From NCBI GenBank assembly GCA_032127815.1, contig JAQBHK010000411.1, forward strand, positions 1-39,024: a stretch of 39,024 nucleotides of DNA, in the 5' to 3' direction. Origin of the DNA: Desulfobacterales bacterium (lineage in GTDB: Bacteria; Desulfobacterota; Desulfobacteria; Desulfobacterales; UBA11574). This document shows positions 15,810-25,000 of this stretch, piece by piece. Positions within the stretch are counted from its first letter, which is position 1, and the number at the start of each line of letters is the position of its first letter. Under the pieces are notes generated by a model. It was not told the DNA's origin. It ran no database searches and saw only the letters and a list, made by a program, of their open reading frames with translations. The position numbers and the translations under genes are program-made.

Positions 15810-16861
15810 TGGACATTGTTGAAAAAACAGAAAACATTCAACGGCCAGCCAAAGATTTAACGGCAACGGGTCCGCTGGCTATGCTGCAGGAAGAATTGTC
15901 TTCCGGTCTCCGGTTATACTGGACAAAAGCCGCTGCCATTCTTAAGGGGAGCGGCATCAGCCTGCTCGATCCTGCGGATGATTTTTTCTCCCTGGATAAA
16001 AATTTTTTTTCGGCGCTGTTTCTTTATTCTTACCATCGAGCAGGTATCGCCAAGCAGCGGCGAATAGTATATGCCGCCATCAACCAGTGCTTACGCGGCC
16101 TGGTGACAGGATGTGACAATATCCTGGACGATGAATACAAAAAAACCCTTGAAACCGATTTGCCCGTGCAAGGGACCCGCTTTCGCTCGGTGCTCGATAT
16201 CATGGTTTCTGATCGCGTTCTTTTTGAAATCCTTTTAAATGGCTTTCAGGATAATGAATATAACAGCCAGGATGTTTTGGCTGCCAGTGTTGCCTCACTG
16301 CATGCGCTGACACAAAGCGGTGCTCAGGAAGCTGCGGAAGAGGGCGGCATTCATAAAATACTCCAACCGGAGCAGATTCTTCAATCCATACACCATTATA
16401 AAACCGGGTTGCTTTTTCAATGCCCGTGGGCCGTACCTTTGATTATAGAAAATTCTCGGAAAGAGACCGTTTCGTTTTTACTGGAAGCGTTGTACCAAAT
16501 CGGAATGGGATGCCAGATAATGGATGATATGGTTGATCTGGCATCGGACCTGCGCCAAAAGCGCCACAATTATGTGGCTTCCATTCTCTATCATGATGCA
16601 AATCATAATGAGTGGAACCGCTTGAAGTCTTTAATGGCATCGAATCCGCAAACCACAAAAGATAAGAACCTGCTGTTAGAGCTGCCATATGCCAAATCCG
16701 TAGCGGTGAAGGCGGCCAGGGCCTTTCTTTATGAAGGACTCAGCGCTCTTTTTGGCGCTACCCATCAATCTTTTGTTGAACCTTCTATGGCGTTTCTTTC
16801 GAAAAGAATCGGCGCAGAACAGATGATGTCTGATATCGAGATATGTCATTTGGATATTTAA
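15809..16861 (+). CDS. Polyprenyl-synthase-like (class I isoprenoid synthase fold) protein with degenerate first Asp-rich motif
   Basis: HHYKTGLLFQ...(42 aa)...GMGCQIMDDMVDLASD parallels the IspA region HKTGALI...GLAFQVQDDILD (second Asp-rich motif). The position of the first motif reads CDNILDDEYKK, without the DDxxD...RRG continuation. The start overlaps the methyltransferase stop (TAATG). Confidence 0.65.
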   Translation: MDIVEKTENIQRPAKDLTATGPLAMLQEELSSGLRLYWTKAAAILKGSGISLLDPADDFFSLDKNFFSALFLYSYHRAGIAKQRRIVYAAINQCLRGLVTGCDNILDDEYKKTLETDLPVQGTRFRSVLDIMVSDRVLFEILLNGFQDNEYNSQDVLAASVASLHALTQSGAQEAAEEGGIHKILQPEQILQSIHHYKTGLLFQCPWAVPLIIENSRKETVSFLLEALYQIGMGCQIMDDMVDLASDLRQKRHNYVASILYHDANHNEWNRLKSLMASNPQTTKDKNLLLELPYAKSVAVKAARAFLYEGLSALFGATHQSFVEPSMAFLSKRIGAEQMMSDIEICHLDI

Positions 16862-18015
16862 AATTTTGGATTAAAACTGCCTACCTGTTTCTTTCGCGGT
16901 CAGCGCGCTCTACCGCGGTCCTTGCGTTAATGGTGGTCATCGCCGTTGCGGTCCTGATCTTTCTATCTGCTTTAGCAATCGGCGTAAACGACGCCATGAT
17001 CCAAAATTCCATCGGCCTTTATTCAGGTCATATATCAGGCGACCTTCTGCCACAGCCCCTTAATCCGGAGAGCCTGAAAATAGACGGCGTCGCCGGTGTT
17101 CTCAAACGCAGCCTGATACCGGGCACCCTTTCAAATGGAGATTATATTGAGACCATTGCTATGGTTGCTGTCGATCCGGTTGCCGAGCAAAAGCATGCTG
17201 CCATTTGGAAAAAAACCATTCAGGGCAGATATATCCAAAATTACGAGCATTCGATATTTTTAAGCTCCACCTTAGCGAAACAATTAGACGTTCAAACAGG
17301 AAGTATCCTTTACTTTAGTCCGGCCATTAGCAAAAAACCGGTTAAGTTAATGGTATCAGGGATCTATAAGACCGCAATAGACTATCTCGATCGAGGAATT
17401 GCTTTTTGCCCCTTTGAGATTCTACCGGTAAAAACAGCAACGTGGCGGGCGGCCATTTTTTTAGAGCAAGGGATTGATCCGGAGCAGATCATTAGCAGGT
17501 ATCGTCAATTACTACCGCAATCGCTCGAGTTTAAGTCGTGGCAGGAAATGATGCCGGACCTGCTGCAGTTAATTGATTTGAATTATGTCTCCATGGGCAT
17601 CGTTATGGTTTTGGTGTTTGGCGTAGTTTCAATTGGTATTGCCTGTGCCTTTGTCATCTTTATCTTTAAAAACTTGCGTGAATACGGCATTATGAAAGCC
17701 ATGGGTGTAACCCCCCTGGAAATAGCATACCTGATATTTATCGAAGTGATCATGATGAACCTTGCCGCCTCTATTGTCGGCATTCTTGGAGGTTGTTTAG
17801 CGGTTTTGATTACGGGCCACACCGGAATAGATCTTGCTTATTTTACATCACATAATCGTTATTTTGTTGTGTCGGGGGTTATCATTCCCAGACTGACATT
17901 TTATTCCTTATGTCTACCGCCGATGCTCGCTTTCTTTTTCAGCATGGTGTCTGCTATATGGCCGGCGTGGTTAATAGCCGGAAAAAAAGCAGCGGATATT
18001 TTAAGAAGTGTTTGA
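16843..18015 (+). CDS. ABC transporter permease, FtsX/MacB/LolE type (4 TM with a large extracytoplasmic domain)
   Basis: N-terminal TM (AVLALMVVIAVAVLIFLSALAIG), a soluble stretch of about 220 aa, then three C-terminal TMs with the FtsX-type signature region LREYGIMKAMGVTPLEI. Overlaps the previous gene by 19 nt. Confidence 0.8.
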   Translation: MSFGYLKFWIKTAYLFLSRSARSTAVLALMVVIAVAVLIFLSALAIGVNDAMIQNSIGLYSGHISGDLLPQPLNPESLKIDGVAGVLKRSLIPGTLSNGDYIETIAMVAVDPVAEQKHAAIWKKTIQGRYIQNYEHSIFLSSTLAKQLDVQTGSILYFSPAISKKPVKLMVSGIYKTAIDYLDRGIAFCPFEILPVKTATWRAAIFLEQGIDPEQIISRYRQLLPQSLEFKSWQEMMPDLLQLIDLNYVSMGIVMVLVFGVVSIGIACAFVIFIFKNLREYGIMKAMGVTPLEIAYLIFIEVIMMNLAASIVGILGGCLAVLITGHTGIDLAYFTSHNRYFVVSGVIIPRLTFYSLCLPPMLAFFFSMVSAIWPAWLIAGKKAADILRSV

Positions 18016-18694
18016 CAACATGATACAGCTCGAAGGGATTTCAAAGGAATATCGATCGGGAAGAGGCCGGGTTTTGGCCCTGTCCGACGTAACCTTCACC
18101 TTTGAAAAGAATAGCAAGGTGGCGGTATTCGGAAAATCGGGTTCAGGCAAGACCACGCTGCTCAATTGCATCGGGGGACTCGAACGGCCGGAGAGTGGAA
18201 TGGTAACATGTTTTGGTGTTGACATTCATTCGCTATCCGAAAAAGCGCTTTGTCTTTTTCAACGCAAGAACCTGGGGTTCGTTTTTCAACACGGCAACCT
18301 TTTTAGCTACTTGACGATTTTTGAGAACATCGCCTTTCCCTTGGAACTGAATGGCTTTGAGAGAAAGGCTGTGTTAAAGCGAGTCAGTGAACTGCTTGAA
18401 AACATCGGTCTTGCCGACGCTGGGGCGGCACTTCCATATGAACTTTCCGGCGGAGAGGTTCAACGGGTTTCTGTGGCCCGGGCCATAGCCCATTCGCCCC
18501 GGGTGCTTCTGGCGGATGAACCTACCGCAAGCCTGGATTCGGACACAGGCAGAGATCTTGTCCGGCTTATGTTCAGTATGGGGCGCGATCAGGGATGTAC
18601 CATGATTATTGCTACACACGACACGGATATCATTAAGCTGGCGGATGCCCGACTGCCCATCCAGGACGGCAAAATTGAAACGGAGGATAAATGA
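18008..18694 (+). CDS. ABC transporter ATP-binding protein (LolD/MacB-type)
   Basis: Walker A GKSGSGKTTLLN, Q-loop FVFQH, signature LSGGEVQRVSVARA, Walker B VLLADEPT, H-loop ATHD. Overlaps the permease gene by 8 nt. Confidence 0.9.
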   Translation: MFDNMIQLEGISKEYRSGRGRVLALSDVTFTFEKNSKVAVFGKSGSGKTTLLNCIGGLERPESGMVTCFGVDIHSLSEKALCLFQRKNLGFVFQHGNLFSYLTIFENIAFPLELNGFERKAVLKRVSELLENIGLADAGAALPYELSGGEVQRVSVARAIAHSPRVLLADEPTASLDSDTGRDLVRLMFSMGRDQGCTMIIATHDTDIIKLADARLPIQDGKIETEDK

Positions 18695-18999
18695 AGTCGT
18701 TTTTAAAAATGACCGTTTTATTTGTTTTACTTTTTATCATTTTCGGATGCACCTATCGTTATTATCTTGGTTTTCACGGGCCTTCGATACAATTGTATCC
18801 CGAAGACCATGAAGGCGTAACCGAAGATGAAGAATGCCTTGAATGCCATGATCCTGAAAATGATCCGGAATGTACGCCAACTTCTCACCCGCACTTTACC
18901 GGATGCCTGAAATGTCACAATGATGAAGTAAATACAGTGAAATTAAGAAAGACGCCCGTTGCGGATTTTCGACGAGCGTATCATTCTTTCCGATTTTAG
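18691..18999 (+). CDS. Small (102 aa) putative lipoprotein dihaem cytochrome c
   Basis: Signal peptide MKSFLKMTVLFVLLFIIFGC with a lipobox-like IFGC (Cys20). Two CXXCH motifs, CLECH (49-53) and CLKCH (72-76). ATGA overlap with the ATPase stop. Confidence 0.6.
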   Translation: MKSFLKMTVLFVLLFIIFGCTYRYYLGFHGPSIQLYPEDHEGVTEDEECLECHDPENDPECTPTSHPHFTGCLKCHNDEVNTVKLRKTPVADFRRAYHSFRF

Positions 19000-19148
19000 A
19001 TGTGTGCTGTAAGGGCAGAGGGGGCATAAATACTGTAACACTGCCAATATCATATTGAATGGCTTTTCAAATGCAGAATTTGTTGATATTTTTAAAAAAA
19101 AGACATAATAAATTCCAGATCAAAAACCAACTAATCCAACAAAGGCTT

Positions 19149-20561
19149 ATGAAGCATCGGGTAGTTCAACTTGTCAGTTTGATCGGCATTCTGCTTTTGG
19201 CTGCATCCTGTGCGCCGTTTAAACCTCTATCCAGGCCGTCGCCGGCCGGGGAGTTGCCGGGGGAATTTTCTCTTTATACGGGCCAGTCCGAGCCGCTCCA
19301 GCGGTGGTGGGAAGAATTTGACGACCCGGAACTCAATGCCCTGATCGCAGCGGCCCTGTCAGACAACCTGACCCTGAAGGAAGCCTGGTCGCGACTCAAC
19401 CAAGCCCGGGCCCTGGCCGTTCAGTCCGGCGCAGCACTTTATCCGGACCTGTCCGGTACCGCCGGGGCTTCTTATGCGCGTCAACGGACTGCTAACGGCA
19501 TCCGGCAATCCGTATCGAGCGAAGACTATTCTCTGGGGGTCATAAGCAGCTACGAACTGGATTTGTGGGGACGTATCCGGTCCGGGCAGGAATCGGCCCT
19601 GCTGGATGTAAGCGCCGCCCGTGAAGATTTAAATACGGCCGCGATGACCCTGGCGGCTGAGGTTACCCGGCGCTGGATAAACATTATTGCCCAGCGGATG
19701 CAAAAACAGCTTCTGGAGCATCAGCTTCAAACCAACCGGACATACCTGGAACTGATTGAACTGAGGTTTCGAAAATCGATGGTGTCGGCACTGGATGTTT
19801 ATCAGCAAAAACAAGTTGTTGAAGATGTCATGGCTGAAATCCCGCTGATCGAAGCCGAAGAACAGCTCTTGCGACATGAACTGGCACTTTTGCTGGGAAA
19901 ACCGCCGCAGTTTTTTGTAAAGATCAGCCGGACCGGCTTGCCGGAACCGGTTCAAATCCAGGCAACCGGGCTGCCGGCCGACCTTCTTGCGGCCCGTCCG
20001 GATTTGCGGGCGGCCGGGATGCGCCTGCGGGCGGCGGACTGGCAGGTGGCGGCTGCGCGTGCGAACCGCCTGCCGGCGATCAGCCTGACAGGACGGGCCC
20101 ACTATGGCGCGGGGAATGTGGATGTACTCTTCGATAATTGGCTGCTCAGCCTGGCGGGCAATCTGACCGCACCGATATTCGACGGAAAACGGCGGGCAGC
20201 CGAAGTCGACCGCCGGCTGGCGATCACGGATGAAAACCTGTCCGCATACCGGCAAGCGGTTTTAACGGCTATCAAAGAAGTCGAAGACGCACTCGTCAGC
20301 GAGGCGAAGCAGCGGGAGTACATTAAGCGGCTTGAAACTTTAACGGCAACTGCGCGTAAGGCTTTTGAAGAGGCCGGCAATCGCTATCGTAACGGGCTTA
20401 CCGATTACCTGCCGGTGCTGACCCAGCTGTTAAAAGTTCAGGGTCTTGAAAGGAATTTAATTAAGCAGCAGGCAAACCTGATAGGGATTCGCATCAGCCT
20501 CCATCGCGCCCTGGGCGGAACCTGGACCGAATCGCTGACCTCTTTGACGATTGACGATTGA
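19149..20561 (+). CDS. RND efflux outer-membrane lipoprotein, NodT/OprM family
   Basis: From ATG 19149: MKHRVVQLVSLIGILLLAASCAPF (lipobox LAASC), WWEEFDDPELNALI, two OEP repeats, YRNGLTDYLPVL...LHRALGGGW-type C-terminus. Confidence 0.85.
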   Translation: MKHRVVQLVSLIGILLLAASCAPFKPLSRPSPAGELPGEFSLYTGQSEPLQRWWEEFDDPELNALIAAALSDNLTLKEAWSRLNQARALAVQSGAALYPDLSGTAGASYARQRTANGIRQSVSSEDYSLGVISSYELDLWGRIRSGQESALLDVSAAREDLNTAAMTLAAEVTRRWINIIAQRMQKQLLEHQLQTNRTYLELIELRFRKSMVSALDVYQQKQVVEDVMAEIPLIEAEEQLLRHELALLLGKPPQFFVKISRTGLPEPVQIQATGLPADLLAARPDLRAAGMRLRAADWQVAAARANRLPAISLTGRAHYGAGNVDVLFDNWLLSLAGNLTAPIFDGKRRAAEVDRRLAITDENLSAYRQAVLTAIKEVEDALVSEAKQREYIKRLETLTATARKAFEEAGNRYRNGLTDYLPVLTQLLKVQGLERNLIKQQANLIGIRISLHRALGGTWTESLTSLTIDD

Positions 20562-20585
20562 CGATTGTCTATTGATGATTGATGG
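20544..20585. repeat. Tandem heptamer array, six units (TTGACGA x3, TTGTCTA, TTGATGA, TTGATGG), spanning the stop codon of the OMP gene
   Basis: Read directly. Stop TGA at 20559-20561 lies inside unit 3. Confidence 0.75.
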
Positions 20586-20608
20586 TTTCGTAATAAGTCA
20601 AAATCTCA

Positions 20609-20684
20609 CGCAAAGCCGCAAAGGGCGCAAAGTTAACTTGTTAATATTAAATGTTGTTTTCTTGGCGTCCTTAGCGTCTTTGCG
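20609..20684. repeat. Imperfect 24-bp inverted repeat (20/24, 28-nt AT-rich loop); arms are tandem 8-mers (C)CGCAAAG
   Basis: Left arm 20609-20632 is cgcaaagccgcaaagggcgcaaag. The reverse complement of right arm 20661-20684 is cgcaaagacgctaaggacgccaag. Confidence 0.75.
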
Positions 20685-20761
20685 AGAAAATATAGTTTTT
20701 ACGAGTTCGCCATGATTGAATATAATTTTTGTTCAAGAACCAGTATCACACAGGTACAAAA

Positions 20762-21988
20762 ATGACGGATAATAAACAGAATAATATGTTTTTCGAAAAA
20801 CAGCCGAGCCCGGTTAAAACGCCGCGCCCCATCGTCAGGATTGTGCTGTCATTGATCATACTCGCTGTTGGTGCCGGTACGGCATTTTACCTGAAAAACA
20901 GTGCGCCCCGAACCCGGAAACAGCCGCTGGCCCGGTTGAGTCCGACGGTTCAGGTCGAACCGGTAACGCTTGCCGACTATCAGATCGTTGTAACGGCCAT
21001 GGGGACCGTTATTCCTGCCCGCGAAGTGGTGCTAAAATCCCGTGTGTCCGGAGAAGTTGTCGAAATTCATCCCGAATTTACGGAAGGCGGGTTATTAAAA
21101 AAAGACACGAAAATACTCCGGATCGACCCGCTGGACTTCAAGCTGGCGCTGGCGCGCAAGCAGAGCGCGGTGACCGCTGCCGAATCCGCCCTGAAACTGG
21201 AGCTGGGCCATCAGGACGTGGCCAAGCGCGAATGGGAACTGTTAAAAGGAGCCGAGCCGGTGCAGGATCTGGAGAAGGAACTGGCGCTGCGCAAACCCCA
21301 TCTGGACAAAGCCAGAGCAGATCTGGCGGCGGCCGAAGCCGACTTTAAGACAGCAGCGCTCAATCTTGACCGAACCCTTATCCTGGCGCCGTTCAATGCC
21401 ATGGTTCGCACAAAAGCGGTGGACCTCGGATCCCAGGTAGCACCACAGGAGCCGCTGGCCGAACTGGTGGGAACCGATGCTTACAGGGTTAGGGTGTCCA
21501 TACCGGTCGATCGCCCTGAATGGATTAACATTCCCGGCCTGGCCGGCGATGCGGGCTCCAAAGCCCGCATTATTTACAGCCAGGGTCATGCATGCAGCGG
21601 GACGGTTGTCCGGCTGTTGGGAGATCTGGCAACCGAAGGGCGCATGGCCCGTATCCTGGTGGAGGTTCCGGACCCGCTCGGTTTGACTGCTTCCAACCAG
21701 GGGCGCGTACCGCTTTTAATCGGCGAGTACGTGCGGGTAGAAATCCAAGGGCGTAAACTAAAGAGCGTGTTTCAAATTCCGCGGCCGGCTTTCAGGGACA
21801 ATTCAAGCGTCTGGATTGCCGGCGAAAACCAGATATTGGAAATTCGGAAGGTGCGTCCGCTCTGGCGTGATGCCGGCTTCGTCCTGCTGCAAGACGGACT
21901 GAAACCCGGTGAACGGCTGATCGTCTCGGATTTGGCGGCACCGGTGCAAGGAATGGCGTTGCTTGTCGGTGGTTCGCCAGGTTCATGA
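20762..21988 (+). CDS. RND efflux membrane fusion (periplasmic adaptor, HlyD family) protein
   Basis: N-terminal TM (IVRIVLSLIILAVGAGTAFYL), a coiled-coil segment (ALKLELGHQDVAKREWELL...DKARADLAAAEADFKTAALNLDRT), and beta-barrel/MP-domain-like regions. ATG 20762 is preferred to TTG 20729. Confidence 0.85.
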   Translation: MTDNKQNNMFFEKQPSPVKTPRPIVRIVLSLIILAVGAGTAFYLKNSAPRTRKQPLARLSPTVQVEPVTLADYQIVVTAMGTVIPAREVVLKSRVSGEVVEIHPEFTEGGLLKKDTKILRIDPLDFKLALARKQSAVTAAESALKLELGHQDVAKREWELLKGAEPVQDLEKELALRKPHLDKARADLAAAEADFKTAALNLDRTLILAPFNAMVRTKAVDLGSQVAPQEPLAELVGTDAYRVRVSIPVDRPEWINIPGLAGDAGSKARIIYSQGHACSGTVVRLLGDLATEGRMARILVEVPDPLGLTASNQGRVPLLIGEYVRVEIQGRKLKSVFQIPRPAFRDNSSVWIAGENQILEIRKVRPLWRDAGFVLLQDGLKPGERLIVSDLAAPVQGMALLVGGSPGS

Positions 21989-22069
21989 AATTTTTTCATC
22001 GACAACTAAAATGTAAATAAATCCAAATACATTGGATGAAAACCACTAAATTGGATATGCGTACGTGAT

Positions 22070-25000
22070 ATGAGCAGTCTTTCGCAAAACGATTCCGAAA
22101 GGAAAGGGGCCATTGTCTGGATGGCCGGGCATTCCGTGACGGCCAACCTGGTCATGCTGGTGCTCCTGTTGGGCGGATTATATATGGGCATCCGGATCAA
22201 AAAGGAGGTTTTTCCTTATTTTGAGCTGGATCTGGTCCAAATCACCGTGCCCTACCCCGGTGCCAGCCCCCAGGAAGTGGAAAGAGGCATCATTTTGGCC
22301 ATAGAAGAAGCCGTCCAGGGGCTGGAAGGGGTCAATGAAGTTCGGGCATCTGCCAGGGAAGGGGTCGGAACGGTTACCGTGGAGATGATCGAAGGCGAAA
22401 ATCTGCAAAAGCTGGCCCAGGATATCCAGAGCGAGGTGGACCGGATTACATCGTTTCCCGACGAAGCCGAAGAGCCGCAAGTGGTGATCGTTTCGCGAAA
22501 ACGTTATGTCGTTTCGCTGGCTCTTTACGGCGACCAGAGCGAGGGGGTTTTGCGTGAATATGCAGAATACCTGCGGGATCGCCTGCTGCAGCAACCGGGC
22601 ATCACCCAGGTGGAGCTGACCGGGGTGCGCAACTATGAGATCAGCGTCGAAATCCCCCAGGACACACTTAGAACCCATAACCTTACGCTTGAGGAAGTTG
22701 CCCAGCGCATCGGCCGGACGTCTATGGAGCTTCCCGGAGGCGCCGTCAAGGCCTTGGGGGGCGATATCCTGGTGCGAGTCAAAGAGCGCAGGGATTACGG
22801 TCATGAATTCGGAAAGATTCCGATTATTACGACCAACGACGGCACCCAGGTTCTGCTTGAAGATATTGCCGATATTAAGGACGGGTTTGAAGAAACCGAC
22901 AATGCCGCTACATATAACGGCAAACCGACCGTGATGATCGAAGTCTTCCGGGTCGGTGATCAAACTCCTGTTTCGGTATCCAATGCCGCTAAACAGGTCG
23001 TCGCTGAAGTCAATCAGGAATTGCCCCCCGGCCTGGCGGTTGTTCTTCGTAACGATCGCTCGGATATTTATCGGCAGCGCATGGGCCTTCTGATCAAAAA
23101 CGGATTTATGGGACTGGGGCTGGTGTTTATTTTGCTGGCATTATTTCTGGAAATCCGGCTCGCATTCTGGGTCGCTCTGGGGATTCCCATCTCTTTTCTG
23201 GGTTCCCTTTTAGTGTTACCGGCCATGGACGTCAGCATTAACATGGTATCCATGTTTGCGTTTATCGTGACTTTAGGTATCGTGGTGGACGATGCCATCG
23301 TGGTCGGGGAAAACGTATATTATCACCGCCAGCGCGGTGTTCCCTGGTTGGAAGCCGCTATCTCAGGGACCCGGGAAATCGCCATGCCGGTTATTTTCAG
23401 CGTACTGACCAACATGGTGGCTTTTTTGCCCTTGTTCTTCGTTCCCGGCATTCTGGGAAAGGTTTTCAGACAAATTCCGGTGGTCGTGATCATCGTGTTC
23501 GCCATTTCGCTGATCGAATGTTTTTTTATTCTTCCGGCCCACGTGGGCCACCAGAAACCGCCGCACAAAGGATTTTTCGGCTGGATATACGCCCGGCAGC
23601 AGCGATTCAGCGACGCCTTTGTCCGTCTGGTTATACATCGATACGGTCCCTTGCTGGGGTTGGCCCTGCGCTGGCGATATGTGACATTGTCCGCGGGCAT
23701 TGCTATTTTAATGATTACGGTCGGCTATGCGAAGAGCGGGCGCATGGGATTCGAGCTTTTTCCAAAGATCGAATCCGATTATGCCCTGGTGACGGCCACG
23801 CTGCCGTTTGGAACCGCTTTTCAAAAAACCGAAAAAGTGCAAAAGATTCTGGTCCGGGCGGCCCAGGAGGTTGTCGCTGAAAACGGCGGAACAACACTCA
23901 TGGAAGGAATTTTTGCCAATATCAATGACAACAAGGCCGAGGTTCGCATCTACCTGACACCGCCGGACAAGCGCCCGATTTCAACGGCCAATCTAACCGA
24001 ACGCTGGCGGGAACGGGTCGGGGTTATTCCGGGATTGGAAGCGCTTTTATTCGAATCCGATGCCGGCGGACCCGGCCGCGGCGCCGCCATTACCATAGAA
24101 CTCAGCCACAAAGATATCGATCTGCTGGAAAAGGCTGCGGCCGGCGTGGCAGAGGCTATGAGATTTTACCCGGAACTCAAAGATATCGATGACGGTTTTG
24201 CGCCGGGCAAACAGCAGATCGATTTCCAGGTCAAGCCTGAAGCCCGCAGTCTCGGATTACGTTCCCGGGAGGTGGCCAGACAGGTCCGGCATGCTTACTA
24301 TGGCGCCGAGGCGTTGCGGCAACAGCGGGGGCGCAATGAAATCAAAGTCATGGTGAGGCTCCCCAAAGACGAACGGGGTTCCGAGTTTAATCTTGAAGAA
24401 ATGATATTGCGGACCCCGGCCGGCAAAGAGATTCCCTTGCGCGCGGCCGTTACCGTAAACCGGGGGCGGGCCTACACCGATATCAATCGCCGCGCCGGGC
24501 GCCGGATCGTGTCGGTGGAAGCCGACGTTCAGCCCCGCAGCAAGGCCGGCCAGGTGCTGGAGTCGCTTAAATCCGAAGCCTTGCCGGCCTTGCAGAAGAA
24601 ATATACCGGTTTGCGCTACAGTTTTGAAGGTCGCCAGGCCGACCAACGCGAAAGCATGCAGAGCCTGATGCGAGGGCTATTGGCGGCGCTGGTGGTTATT
24701 TTTGCCATGCTGGCGGTTCCGTTGAACAGTTATATCCAGCCCATGATCATTATGGCGGCGATTCCCTTCGGCATTGTGGGCGCCGTGCTCGGGCATCTGA
24801 TCATGGGCTACAGCCTGAGCGTGCTCAGCATGTTCGGCGTGGTGGCGCTGTGCGGGGTGGTGGTCAACGATTCACTGGTGTTGATCGATTTTGCCAATCG
24901 TAAAGAAAAGGCCGGAATGAGCCGGCGCGACGCCGTTCACCAGGCCGGCATCCATCGTTTTCGGCCGATTATTTTAACCACTCTGACCACTTTCGGCGGC

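Noticed and set aside
20544-20684. Tandem short repeats checked as a possible CRISPR array (also 4774-4852 and 30925-31074)
   Set aside because: The units are 7-8 nt with no spacers of 25-50 nt, the arrangement is inverted rather than direct, and no cas genes are present.
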